Virus record (IMG/VR): IMGVR_UViG_3300037504_000230
Coordinates: 1 to 56,801 of that record
Strand: one strand, 5' to 3'
DNA: 56,801 nt
Source: a virus
Taxonomy: Duplodnaviria > Caudoviricetes
A model generated the notes under the pieces. The model had not been told where the DNA came from and ran no database searches. It saw only the letters and a list, made by a program, of their open reading frames with translations. Shown one piece after another: positions 1 through 9,679 of this stretch. A program made the translations under genes and the position numbers. How positions within the stretch are numbered: position 1 is the stretch's first letter; each line of letters opens with the position of its first letter.

Positions 1-216
1 CGTCAGATTGCTCACGGTGGCCCACGAGAGGTTGCCGCCGCCATCCGTGGCCAGGACCTGGTTGGCCGCGCCGTCCACATCGGGTAGCGCCCAGATCTGG
101 TCGGCGGTCAGCGCCGGGGCCTCGAATCCGACATAATTGGAGTTGCCCACATCGTAGAAGCGCAACTCGCTGCCGCCACGCAGTTGCTCATTCCCGTTGA
201 GTATCAGCCCGCCGAA
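1..216. repeat. Terminal direct repeat, left copy (matches 56586-56801); implies a circular or terminally redundant unit of 56585 bp
   Basis: Base-by-base match to the window end with only two mismatches (positions 1 and 89); 90-216 is an exact 127-bp match. Confidence 0.95.
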
Positions 217-603
217 TGTTGGAGTGTCTGTGGTTTCAAGGTCTTGATTGAGTGTACTGTTGCCGTTCAGTGTTAGTGTGTTAGTATTAAGGTCTACTGT
301 GCCGCCACTACTAAATATTAAGTCCGCATCGGGGAGTGTCAAGTCGCGGTCCGCTGTTAGCGCGGCGCTAATCGTTAGTTGGTCGCCGCCCGTAACATCC
401 TCGATAATGTCGCTTGAGGTAATAGAGCTAGAAGAATCCCAGACCGCTAAGCGTCCGGTGATGCCGTTGCCCGTCACGCCCGGAACGACGGTGCCGCCGC
501 CTCCACCCTCGCCGACTTGCCGCTCCTGTGTCAGTAACTGCTCTAGCTCACGGTCAAGCGCGTTTACCCGTTCGGTGAGTTGCGCCTCAAAGCGTAATGT
601 CAT
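1..603 (-). CDS. N-terminal part of the long tail fibre (continues across the junction into 56585..53328; ~1286 aa in total)
   Basis: ATG at 603 overlaps the end of the upstream baseplate gene; open frame MTLRFEAQLTERVNALDRELEQLL...LRFYDVGNSNYVGF is in frame with the 53328..56750 ORF. Confidence 0.85.
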   Translation of the reverse strand, partial: MTLRFEAQLTERVNALDRELEQLLTQERQVGEGGGGGTVVPGVTGNGITGRLAVWDSSSSITSSDIIEDVTGGDQLTISAALTADRDLTLPDADLIFSSGGTVDLNTNTLTLNGNSTLNQDLETTDTPTFGGLILNGNEQLRGGSELRFYDVGNSNYVGFEAPALTADQIWALPDVDGAANQVLATDGGGNLSWATVSNLT

Positions 604-2503
604 TTTCGGCCTCCAGTCTTGCCTGTACCTGCTCCTCGCTGCCCTTAACGCTCAGGGCGACTGCGCGGATAATAGCCTCGAATTCATAATCGAGGAACCG
701 TGCGGTTACACGGTAGCCCCAGTCCCAGTCAATCCCGAAGCGCGCGTTCGCCGTGTCAAGAGGGATGCCGCCGAAGCGCAACTTAGGCCGCCCCTCGATG
801 AGCTTCTGTTTTCCTGTGTTATCAATAGAGTCGGGCGTGTTCTGTTGGCGTGCGTCCGCCCAGCCCTCACAGCGATTCCAGATCGAGGCCTTATAGCGTG
901 CCGAGTCTGCAACCTGGCGCACCGTCCGTCCCAGCCCAAGGCCGGGACCTCCGCTATAGATATAGTTTCGCTCATTACGATAGTCGAATTCCAGGAACGG
1001 CTCACTGAGGTTATTCAACTCCTCTGAAAATATAAGCGTCGTGCGGTCCAGGCCCGGTTGTCTAATCCGCGTTCGGAACTCAAATGAGATCGAGGAAGGG
1101 CTGATTCCAGCAACCTCGACGTCATAGAACACTTCATTGCCCGCCTCGCGAGACGCGCGCTGCAACGCCGGGAGCGCGCCGCCGTTAGCTAGTGTGAGCA
1201 CCTGGCGCCAAGGGACGCTCGTCGGCGTCGTTGGTCCCAGTGTCTGGTTGCTCTGCACGGTAAGTCGCCCTAGGGCGCGGCTGCCCTCCTCGGTGGCCGG
1301 ACTGCCGTCGTCAGAGAGGGCGAAGTCGACAATACCCTTCATAATATCATCGGTATTCTCGATTAACCCGCTCACGCCAGCGCCGATAGCGCCGATATAA
1401 TTTAGGAAAATGCCCGCAGTCTCGCCGCCGGGCGCAATATAATCAAGCCAGTCCTCTGGCGCGGTTGACGGATCTAGGTAGGCGACGTCTGGTAGGCCGT
1501 TGATCATCACATATATATCACCAGCCGCTATAGCGCCGCCCTTCGCTGCAGCCATTTCTCCGCCCGTAAAGTCTGCGCTCCCGGCCTCTAATACATAAAT
1601 GTCGCCTATCTCTACCGCCTCATTGCCATTAGCTAAGAAGCAGGCGGCCGACTGAAACGATTGGAGTATAGATTGCCCGGCGACGGTTTGCACACTAAAA
1701 TCGGGAACCTGGCGGATTTTATATAAATCTCCAGTTGCAATAGCTGCACCCTTCACGCCCGCCATAATACTGCCCGTGAAGTCATTGCTGCCGCCCTCCA
1801 GGACATAATAGTCATTGACACTCGGTATTGCGTTACCGTTCTCGGTATACAGGGATCCGCTGGTCATCGCGGTGCCAATCCCCTCGGCGGCGGTTTGGGC
1901 ATCAAAATCGATTTTATCAGTCACCTCAAAGATATCATCGATTGTAGCATTGCCGCCCTTAGCGATGGTCATTTCATTACCCGTAAAGTCGATAGGCGGC
2001 GACCCGGTGCCATCTACAATATAGCGCAGTCCGACGTCCGGGATGGCGTTGCTATTAGCGGTATAGAGCGCGCCGCTGGTAAACGCGGTCCCCAGCGTCT
2101 CGGATGTGTTAATCGTCACTTCTAATCCTGTCGGGAACGTGGCCCCCGCCGTGCCCGCGTAATTTGCCACAATCCGGCGCGTCAGTAAATGCTTAGGATC
2201 GAATCCCTCGACGTCCACGAAAAGGCTGCCGTTATCGAGACTAAAACGCCAGTAGCGGATAAAATATGCCTGCCAAAAGTCGAGGCTGCCGCCGCGGGGC
2301 GCGCGCCAGATTTGCACCATGACATCGCGGCGCAATAGGCGCGGGTCAAATGTTACGGGCATGCGCATCGCCAGCCCACCTACGCCGTCGGCGGTCTTAG
2401 ACGCGGTAAATTCTAGCACATTATCAATAATTGCTGAGGTGTCAAACGCGGCGATGCGCGCGCCTCGGTCATTCGTCAGGTATATTTCATAGCCGTCAAA
2501 CAT
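587..2503 (-). CDS. Siphovirus Gp37-like (ReqiPepy6-type) baseplate hub / minor tail protein with a repeat insertion
   Basis: Follows the Dit gene; C-terminal NYIYSGGPGLG...R and FGIDWDWGYRVT motifs typical of Gp37-like proteins. Confidence 0.75.
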   Translation of the reverse strand: MFDGYEIYLTNDRGARIAAFDTSAIIDNVLEFTASKTADGVGGLAMRMPVTFDPRLLRRDVMVQIWRAPRGGSLDFWQAYFIRYWRFSLDNGSLFVDVEGFDPKHLLTRRIVANYAGTAGATFPTGLEVTINTSETLGTAFTSGALYTANSNAIPDVGLRYIVDGTGSPPIDFTGNEMTIAKGGNATIDDIFEVTDKIDFDAQTAAEGIGTAMTSGSLYTENGNAIPSVNDYYVLEGGSNDFTGSIMAGVKGAAIATGDLYKIRQVPDFSVQTVAGQSILQSFQSAACFLANGNEAVEIGDIYVLEAGSADFTGGEMAAAKGGAIAAGDIYVMINGLPDVAYLDPSTAPEDWLDYIAPGGETAGIFLNYIGAIGAGVSGLIENTDDIMKGIVDFALSDDGSPATEEGSRALGRLTVQSNQTLGPTTPTSVPWRQVLTLANGGALPALQRASREAGNEVFYDVEVAGISPSSISFEFRTRIRQPGLDRTTLIFSEELNNLSEPFLEFDYRNERNYIYSGGPGLGLGRTVRQVADSARYKASIWNRCEGWADARQQNTPDSIDNTGKQKLIEGRPKLRFGGIPLDTANARFGIDWDWGYRVTARFLDYEFEAIIRAVALSVKGSEEQVQARLEAENDITL

Positions 2504-4959
2504 TAGTCGAATCCCTTAAATTGATCGCGCCAGCGGATAAACGCCGTTACATCGGGCGATCCGCCGTCAATAAACGTGCTGATCGTATTGCTACCCGGCA
2601 GCAACGCAAACTCCACAACGTCACTATTAGCTAATAGCGCGCCAGGGCGTTTCCCGTTAAAGCTTGAGGTTACTGACTTGGCGCCCGGCGTGAAGTCGAT
2701 TTCTAACTCCTCGCCGTCAAGTATATTCTCGTCGTAGTACGTCGCCTTGGCCGTGCGCTCATTACGAATCCAGGCCAGCCTTGGCGCACTCCCCCCATCA
2801 CGTGAGAGATCAATCGTCGGGAATGAGCGCGCAGTACCATTAGCTACGGGGGCGGCGGTTCCGCCATAGTCGGCAGAGCCAGTGGTATTGAAGCCTACGT
2901 AAATATCGTAGTTGCCAGGCACGGTCGGATCTTGATTCGCCACCGCCACTGCGCTAATCGCTGGCGACCCAGGAAGCGAAGCATCCACTGGCGCGTACGC
3001 GCGCCCACGCCAAAGCGTTAGCCTGTCCACCGTCACGCTCCCCGCGTCAGTCATCTGCCCGCCGATTAGTAGCTCCCCGTTATCCGACAGGGCTAGCGCG
3101 CTCCCCGATGCGTTCATTCCGTCACCAAGTTGGTTGATAACGCTGCCATTCCAAAAGGCCGCGTACCGTGCGGTGTCACCCGCACCCGTAGAGGTGAATG
3201 AACCCGTGATATATACGCGCCCGCGCGGGTCTATCGCTAGCGCCGTTACCTCTTTGCTTCCCGCTAGCGTGAAACCCTGATCGAGTGCGTTCCAGCTTCC
3301 TCCGCTCCACCTAGCAATGCCGTCAAAGTCCGTCCCGGCCCCGCCGTCCTGGCTGAACGCCCCGCCCGCATAGAGGTCGTCAGTTGTGCGGTCTACGACC
3401 AGCGCCCGCACCATATCATCGAATCCGCTGCCCATCGCGCTATACGCCGCACCGTCCCATCTCACAATATAGTCAGAGTCCCCATCCGCATTCCAGTTCG
3501 TGAAGTCGCCACCGATATATAGGCTCCCCTTATTGCTGAATGCCAACGCGTAGACTGTCCCCGCGCCACCACCGGATACTGGCGACCAGCTCCCAGAGCT
3601 TGCATCCAGATAGGCTACACGGTCACCCGTCGCCCCGCCTAGATTAGAGAATGCGCCCCCGACGTAAATGTCGCCATTAGGCGCCTCGGCCATAGCGTAG
3701 ATCGCACCATTTACAGCGCCGGGCGACCCGACCGTTGACCAGGAGTCGGCATCAGGGTCGTAGGCAGAGATATAGTCTAGTGGCGCGCTGCCATTCCAGT
3801 TCGTGAAGTCGCCCGCGAAATACACGAGTTGATCACGTGCCGGGAGAATGGCCCGTACCGCGCTAATCGATCCCGGATTTGACACTAGATTAAGGTCGTC
3901 CCACTGCCCTGTGCTGCGGAAGCGCCCCGCCGCGTAATGAAAGACAGTCGCATCCTCAACGTCTAGCGTGGTAGAGCTTTCGAGCACGCTGTGCCAGTAT
4001 GGGTAGGGCGCAATAAAGCGTATAGGGACAATCTCATGAACGTAGTTGTCCATGCCCCAGTCGCCCTCTAGCCCGCCCTCATAATGGACTAGGATTTCTT
4101 TAACGACATCTGCACCTGTATACCACAGACGCACAGGCTGCCAGCCGTTTTTATCGGGCGGGTAACTATCATATTCTAGGATGCCCGTCAGTTGCTGGCG
4201 CGCCTGGTTGAGGTCACAATCCGAGGATGTCGCCTCCAGCGTGCCGACCAGCGTGCCGACCAGCGGCTGCTCTTTTGTGTTGCGATACTCAGATCCTGGC
4301 AGTAGCGCGTAGGTCGTCGTGTAGATATTGCGCCGCGTTCCGCCAAAACCAATAATCTCTCGCTCTTTAAAGGTGAAGTCGTAGTCAGAGCCCGGCGCAC
4401 TCAAGTCGACTAACACGCCACCCGCTCGACTATCTGCGCCACGCACTGAGCTGCTCTCATGCTCGCCGCCGGTCCAGTAGCAGCCCCCCTGATCGCCATC
4501 GCAGTAGGTTGTCCAGTGGTCTTTTTCCTCGAGTTGAATCATATCGATATATATTGGATTAGGAATAGCGCCTGACCATACGAATAGTAAAGGGTCGCTA
4601 CCAGACACCTCAGAAGAATCAATCAGCACGCCGTAGAGGCCCCAGTTGGCGTCAAGTTGCATAATCAGCGCTGGCGTCGAGTAGTTCGCTCCGTTATCCA
4701 GCGAAACATCATCACCTAAACTGGCAATGGACGCCGACCTCGCCGCAAAAGTTAAGTAATAATCCGCCGACCCATCTAGCGACTTCGTTATCCACTTCGC
4801 GGAAGTTCCACCCGCGAGCTTATACGAGTATCCGCCCCGCGCCGAGTAATCCGTGCTTCGCTCGACACCGATAAATTGAAAGTTCCCCGTTGTCTCTGCG
4901 CTCGGATTGAGCACGAGGTTCTCGGTCGCCTCCGGCACAATAACATGCCAGTGTCCCAT
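2503..4959 (-). CDS. Distal tail protein (Dit) with N-terminal carbohydrate-binding-like domain and inserted beta-propeller
   Basis: Directly after the TMP; NLVLNPSAET start; repeated LYxGGxFT / IxRWDG blades; C-terminal FALLPGSNTI Dit motif. Confidence 0.75.
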   Translation of the reverse strand: MGHWHVIVPEATENLVLNPSAETTGNFQFIGVERSTDYSARGGYSYKLAGGTSAKWITKSLDGSADYYLTFAARSASIASLGDDVSLDNGANYSTPALIMQLDANWGLYGVLIDSSEVSGSDPLLFVWSGAIPNPIYIDMIQLEEKDHWTTYCDGDQGGCYWTGGEHESSSVRGADSRAGGVLVDLSAPGSDYDFTFKEREIIGFGGTRRNIYTTTYALLPGSEYRNTKEQPLVGTLVGTLEATSSDCDLNQARQQLTGILEYDSYPPDKNGWQPVRLWYTGADVVKEILVHYEGGLEGDWGMDNYVHEIVPIRFIAPYPYWHSVLESSTTLDVEDATVFHYAAGRFRSTGQWDDLNLVSNPGSISAVRAILPARDQLVYFAGDFTNWNGSAPLDYISAYDPDADSWSTVGSPGAVNGAIYAMAEAPNGDIYVGGAFSNLGGATGDRVAYLDASSGSWSPVSGGGAGTVYALAFSNKGSLYIGGDFTNWNADGDSDYIVRWDGAAYSAMGSGFDDMVRALVVDRTTDDLYAGGAFSQDGGAGTDFDGIARWSGGSWNALDQGFTLAGSKEVTALAIDPRGRVYITGSFTSTGAGDTARYAAFWNGSVINQLGDGMNASGSALALSDNGELLIGGQMTDAGSVTVDRLTLWRGRAYAPVDASLPGSPAISAVAVANQDPTVPGNYDIYVGFNTTGSADYGGTAAPVANGTARSFPTIDLSRDGGSAPRLAWIRNERTAKATYYDENILDGEELEIDFTPGAKSVTSSFNGKRPGALLANSDVVEFALLPGSNTISTFIDGGSPDVTAFIRWRDQFKGFD

Positions 4960-7265
4960 TAGCTTACCCCCATCAGCGCCATAGCTGTCTGTGTGTCCTG
5001 TACCACGCCAGGTGTCGTGGCACGAGTATTGATCGTTTGATTAAAGTTGATCGTCTGATTGCGGTCGCCGCCACCACGCCCGCCACCCACCTCTGAGAGA
5101 TTGAGCTGTGTCTCCAAGCGCGGCAGATCAACCTCCGCTAGTTTACGCATGGCCTCTGAGGTGCCTAGGAACGCCTGCTCTAATTCGGACGGCGACTTTC
5201 GCTGCAACCATTGCGGCAGCTGGATCCCGCCAAGCTTATCGACAAGATTGCCGAGCCAGGAGATCGCGGACTTGATGGCCTCTGTCACCCACCCGATAGC
5301 GCCCGCAATTGCCTCGAAGGTGCGCACCCCGGCCTCAACAGCAGGCGGGATATTGTCCGCGACCCAGGTGATAATTTCCTTTAGTGCTGGCACCATTTTC
5401 TCCTTAACGAATTGCCATGTCGCGCCCATAGCGTTGGGTAGCGTCGTGGAGAAGAACGTACCGAGGGTTTCTAGCACGCTCTTTCCGCCCTCTGCCGCCT
5501 GCGGCAGTAGACTTCCTAGCCACGTTATAAGATCCGAGACTAGTGGCCCGAACTCTGAGCCGATATGCGTCACCAGGTCCATGATCACAGGTATGAGTTC
5601 GTTGCGGAAAAACCCTACGACCGCACCGATGGCCGCTGGTATCTTCTCGGCTAGCCATTGCGCGATATTCACAAACGCGGGTATGACCTTAGCTTGGATA
5701 AACTGCCAAACAGATTGTAGTGCTGGGACTAGCGTTCCGGTCCAGAACGTAGCAATGGCCTGCACGGCAAGTGGAATCTTATCAGCCAGCCAGTCACGCA
5801 CCATGCTAAAGACGGGCAAGATTTTGTCCTGGATAAACTGCCAAGCGGTTTGTAGCGCCGGAACCAGTGTCCCCGTCCAGAAGTTTCCCGCCGCCTGCGC
5901 TGCTACTCCGAGTTGGTCACGTAGCCAGCTCACTGCCAATTTTAGGGCGGGTACAATTTTATCCTGGATGAATTGCCACGCCGTCTGCATGGCGGGAACT
6001 AGCACCGCGTGCCATACCGAGGCGGCAGCCTGAATCGCTACCGGTATTTGATCTTTAAGCCAGCCTATTGCGCTACGTACAGCGGGAATCACCTTGTCCC
6101 GTAGGAACGCCGTTACCGCCTGGAACGCCGGAATGAATACGGCCTGGATAACCTGCTGGACTTTGAGCATCGCGTCGCCAATTTTCTTACCCGTCTCCCC
6201 GAATGTGAACATCAGCGTGTAACGCAGTACAGTCAGCGGGTCTAGTCCGCGACTAAGTCCCTCGCGGAAGCGGTCAAATATCACCGTAACTAACTCAATA
6301 GCGGAGGTTACTTTATCACGAATGAAGCTGGCGATAGCCGCGAAGACTGGCAATGCCTTCTTGCTAATAAAGGACCACACGCGCCCTAGCGTGCCGATCA
6401 TGTTTTTAAGGGCGGGCACAAGGCGGCCCTGGATAAACGGGACTAGCTTATCTGCGATGCGCTCCGCGAATACCTGTACTGGAGGCAGTAACTTCTCTAT
6501 TACGGGGATAAACGCCAGTCCTATTTGATCAGTCGTATTCTTAATGGTCGCCCGTAATTTAGCGAGACGTTCGGCGGCGGTAAGCTGGTCACTACCCATC
6601 TTTGAGACCATGTCACCGCCCGCCTCAACGGTGGCGTTAAGGAGGGCGAGTTGTTTCTCCTCATCGGTTAGTTCCTCTACGGTTTTGCCCAGCTTGGCGG
6701 CCATGGCCTCATTGGCCTCACCTAGTGACAGCACGAGGCCCGTATTATCGATCATTAGCGGTGAACTGCGCTTAATGCCGGCAACCAGACTCTCAAAGAG
6801 GAAGCCAACGTCCTCGCCCGTGGCCTTGCTCGCAGCGCGTGCGGTTTCTAGCAGTTTAGGGAGCGCCTTCCCAAACTGCTCTCCGAATTCGCCGCCCGCG
6901 CCCGTCAGCGCAACGTTCGCCTGGCGCATCAGCTCAAAATCGGAGATCGTGCCCTTTGCGGCTTTTTGCAACTCCGCCAGGGATACATTGGCCTGCTCTG
7001 ACATAGCCTCAAAGGCAGTACCAATGCCCTCCAGTGGGGTGGCCTTTATAGCAAGCCCCCCAAGCCCGACGGCCAAACCGCCTATAGCGACCCCGGCAGC
7101 AGTTGCTCCAGCGGCCGCAACCTTAAACGCGCCGCCTAGGATATTTTTAATGCCTGCGCCGAACTTACGCGCACGCTTCTTGCTGCGCTCTAGGCCCTCC
7201 GAGAAGTCCTTCGCATCCGCCGCCAGCTTGACGACGAGTTCCGCCAGCGTCTCTTTTCTAGCCAT
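4959..7265 (-). CDS. Tail tape measure protein
   Basis: 768 aa, Ala-rich helical, ~40-aa Trp/Phe repeats (FWTGTLVPALQTAWQFIQ); follows the chaperone pair. Confidence 0.92.
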   Translation of the reverse strand: MARKETLAELVVKLAADAKDFSEGLERSKKRARKFGAGIKNILGGAFKVAAAGATAAGVAIGGLAVGLGGLAIKATPLEGIGTAFEAMSEQANVSLAELQKAAKGTISDFELMRQANVALTGAGGEFGEQFGKALPKLLETARAASKATGEDVGFLFESLVAGIKRSSPLMIDNTGLVLSLGEANEAMAAKLGKTVEELTDEEKQLALLNATVEAGGDMVSKMGSDQLTAAERLAKLRATIKNTTDQIGLAFIPVIEKLLPPVQVFAERIADKLVPFIQGRLVPALKNMIGTLGRVWSFISKKALPVFAAIASFIRDKVTSAIELVTVIFDRFREGLSRGLDPLTVLRYTLMFTFGETGKKIGDAMLKVQQVIQAVFIPAFQAVTAFLRDKVIPAVRSAIGWLKDQIPVAIQAAASVWHAVLVPAMQTAWQFIQDKIVPALKLAVSWLRDQLGVAAQAAGNFWTGTLVPALQTAWQFIQDKILPVFSMVRDWLADKIPLAVQAIATFWTGTLVPALQSVWQFIQAKVIPAFVNIAQWLAEKIPAAIGAVVGFFRNELIPVIMDLVTHIGSEFGPLVSDLITWLGSLLPQAAEGGKSVLETLGTFFSTTLPNAMGATWQFVKEKMVPALKEIITWVADNIPPAVEAGVRTFEAIAGAIGWVTEAIKSAISWLGNLVDKLGGIQLPQWLQRKSPSELEQAFLGTSEAMRKLAEVDLPRLETQLNLSEVGGGRGGGDRNQTINFNQTINTRATTPGVVQDTQTAMALMGVS

Positions 7266-7627
7266 CAGCCTCCTGCCTTGCGCACTTTAACGCCCCACAT
7301 CGCCGCGATTGCCAGCGCCCGCTGGATACGCTCCTCATCACTCTGTTGGCGCGCGTATCGCTTAATAGACTCGCCAATCATGAACTGGCGCATCTTAAAC
7401 GGCGGCTTCCCTTCCTCACGGCCCGCCGCGTTAGCCGTGACAGCGGCCAGCATCGCGGCGCGCGCATCCTCGCGCCAGTCGCCCCAGGGATCCTCGCGGT
7501 AGTAGCGCATCCAATCTCGCATAATGCGATGAGGCATGGCGGCGGCTAGCGCGTCCGGATTCACGATCCAGTACCCCGACGCCAGCGCAAGCCTAAATAA
7601 AAACTTGCGCTGCGGCGTCAGTTTTTT
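7265..7627 (-). CDS. Tail assembly chaperone, -1 frameshift extension (gpGT-like)
   Basis: The -1 frame from slippery A AAA AAC reads KLTPQRKFLFRLALASGYWIVNPD into the 7265..7564 ORF (W..YY..DPWG..RED motif). Confidence 0.8.
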   Translation of the reverse strand, partial: KKLTPQRKFLFRLALASGYWIVNPDALAAAMPHRIMRDWMRYYREDPWGDWREDARAAMLAAVTANAAGREEGKPPFKMRQFMIGESIKRYARQQSDEERIQRALAIAAMWGVKVRKAGG

Positions 7628-7941
7628 GCGTCACCCTCACTATCATCGGATAATCCGGATAGCTCCAGAATTGCCTCAAATATCTCCTGCAGCCCCTCGC
7701 TATATCTCGCGGGCACCTTGCGCACCTCGTCCGCCGTCAGCCTGGGCTTAACTAACCCGCGCGAAATCACGCTAGGCATAGCATTAGTAAATGCAACGAG
7801 AGCGTTGTCCTCATTAGCCAGCACGCCCAACTCTGTGACTTCTGTTGCTGATAGCTCTCGAATGGTTACGGCGTCCTCAAATCCAGACGGTGTCAGATCC
7901 TGCGTCTCAAATTCTTTAAGTAGATCTTTCTTATGTAGCAT
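7618..7941 (-). CDS. Tail assembly chaperone (gpG-like)
   Basis: 107 aa between tail tube and TMP; VTIRELSA motif; ends AKN on a slippery site. Confidence 0.85.
   Translation of the reverse strand: MLHKKDLLKEFETQDLTPSGFEDAVTIRELSATEVTELGVLANEDNALVAFTNAMPSVISRGLVKPRLTADEVRKVPARYSEGLQEIFEAILELSGLSDDSEGDAKN
7621..7627 (-). other. Programmed -1 ribosomal frameshift heptamer A AAA AAC
   Basis: GCA AAA AAC TGA; X XXY YYZ pattern; the -1 frame is open to 7265. Confidence 0.85.
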
Positions 7942-7971
7942 TTATACCTCCAAGGGTTAAATTTCTGCTTA

Positions 7972-8439
7972 TTATGGACCAACGCTGTAATAGGGTACCG
8001 GTCGCCCATCAACCTTTGCGGCGACGTCGGCGGTATGCACGCCCTCAACGGGCGCGTTGGGCGAGAATCTAGTTACAAAGCCGTCGAAAATCCAGTAGAA
8101 CGTTCCGCCACCCGCGCAGATGTTATAGTCCAGCTTGAACTTAGGTTTGATGCACGGACCAACAGTCATGCTCTCATATAGCGACGTGCCGCCGCTGCCG
8201 CCATGTGGAACTAGTGAGGGGTCAAACACGATCGGGAAGCTAACCTCGCCCCCATCCGCCATTCCGGGGAAAAACGTCTTGAAAAACGACCCGCTGTCTA
8301 TATCGCGGTGTGACGCCTCAATGCTGTTTCGCGACGTTGATGGGCCGTCAAGGTCCTGCGTTTGTCCGATTTTGACCCACGAGGTGCCACCCGCCGGGTC
8401 CCAGTATAATGTTGACGGATAACTTGGATATTCAGCCAT
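7972..8439 (-). CDS. Major tail tube protein
   Basis: 155 aa; DGPSTSRNSIEASH, PGMADGGEVSF, FDGFVT and KVDGRP motifs of lambda-like tubes; upstream of the chaperones. Confidence 0.85.
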   Translation of the reverse strand: MAEYPSYPSTLYWDPAGGTSWVKIGQTQDLDGPSTSRNSIEASHRDIDSGSFFKTFFPGMADGGEVSFPIVFDPSLVPHGGSGGTSLYESMTVGPCIKPKFKLDYNICAGGGTFYWIFDGFVTRFSPNAPVEGVHTADVAAKVDGRPVPYYSVGP

Positions 8440-9014
8440 TATAAAATCCCTCCATATTTCTCATATAGTAATGATTGATCATGCCGCCACCACTCTAGAC
8501 GAGGCCTGTGCAATCCGTGCTGGCAGTAGACAATAGGCGCCCACATTGACAGCCAGCCTGACGCGCGCTGTAATGCTACCTCTGCCGCATAGTGAATAAA
8601 CTCTGTGTCTAGCACAACCTCAACGCGCGGGTGTATCAGCATACAAAATCCAGATAGGTGGTGCACCAACTGCGGGGGCCGCATATCGCCAGGGCGCCCG
8701 CTATTTTGCGGAGGCGTCCGACAGCGCCCGCTTGGCCCTACGAACCCGACGCGTAGTGGGTCGTGGTAGGCGTCGAGTGTATTTTTAAGTATACGCAACC
8801 AGTCGTCACTCATGGCAACATCGTCATTGAGAAACAGTACATAGTCGTGCGCGCTTACGTAGTCGAGGCCCTGCGTTGTCACCCACACCCACCCTCGTCG
8901 CCGCGTGTCTGCGATAATGTGATACACGGCCTCGGCGCCTGCGTTGGCCCGCACACGCTCAACGCACTGATGTGCATGGTCCGCATCTAGCGTCGGGATA
9001 ATGGCGCGGATCAT
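8439..9014 (-). CDS. Glycosyltransferase family 2 (GT-A)
   Basis: AIIPT start, YVLFLNDDV DxD-type motif, LSGFCMLI; ATGA-coupled to the sulfotransferase. Confidence 0.8.
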   Translation of the reverse strand: MIRAIIPTLDADHAHQCVERVRANAGAEAVYHIIADTRRRGWVWVTTQGLDYVSAHDYVLFLNDDVAMSDDWLRILKNTLDAYHDPLRVGFVGPSGRCRTPPQNSGRPGDMRPPQLVHHLSGFCMLIHPRVEVVLDTEFIHYAAEVALQRASGWLSMWAPIVYCQHGLHRPRLEWWRHDQSLLYEKYGGIL

Positions 9015-9679
9015 TGCGTCACCAGGCCCTTGTCCAGCCACCCGATAGCGCCGAGGATATCCGCGCCGTGGATACCACAGAACTCAGCCAGGCTCTCGGT
9101 AACTGTCAACGGATACTCTAGGAGTGCCTCAAATCCCACCTCACACCACTGACCATCGAAGTCGCCGATCTGCGTATTAAGCGCATTCTGCCAATTTAGC
9201 ATTAGCTCCCGCGCCTCGTCGTCGCTAAGCCTAAATTGCCCGCCATAGGCTAGGCGGCTATGGCGCTGGATACTGTGCACCACGGTGTCAAAATCGCGGT
9301 ACACTATAACTAGGCGCGTATCTACCCCGGCCTCGGCCAAAAGCGGCGTGATATGGTGCAGCGTAAAGCACGCGCGCGGAGACTTAAAGCCCCACAGTCG
9401 CTGGCGACTACAGGACTTAATCAGCCTGCGGTAAGCCTCGCGGTGCTGACCAGAGAGTACGTGGGCAAAGCGCGTTGTATAGCGCCGACCCGCGACGGCC
9501 TTATGAATGCCTTGCCAGCGGCGGTCCTCATAATAGCCGCGCTTATTGAGGTGATCACTGACTTGCAGGTGATCCTTGCCCATGTTCACGCCTAGGCGGC
9601 GCAGGGTCCCTGCGACGGCGGATGTGCCTGAGCGAGGGAGGCCCAAAACGATAATACAGCGGCTTGAGTTCGTGGTCAT
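9011..9679 (-). CDS. PAPS-dependent sulfotransferase (Sulfotransfer_3-like)
   Basis: IIVLGLPRSGTS 5'-PSB loop, WGFKSPR, YRDFDTVVHS 3'-PB motif. Confidence 0.85.
   Translation of the reverse strand: MTTNSSRCIIVLGLPRSGTSAVAGTLRRLGVNMGKDHLQVSDHLNKRGYYEDRRWQGIHKAVAGRRYTTRFAHVLSGQHREAYRRLIKSCSRQRLWGFKSPRACFTLHHITPLLAEAGVDTRLVIVYRDFDTVVHSIQRHSRLAYGGQFRLSDDEARELMLNWQNALNTQIGDFDGQWCEVGFEALLEYPLTVTESLAEFCGIHGADILGAIGWLDKGLVTQ

Noticed and set aside
5059-7290. Long plus-strand ORFs (also 248..1027 and 56037..56672)
   Set aside because: Antisense shadows of well-supported minus-strand genes, Ser/Pro-rich and without RBS
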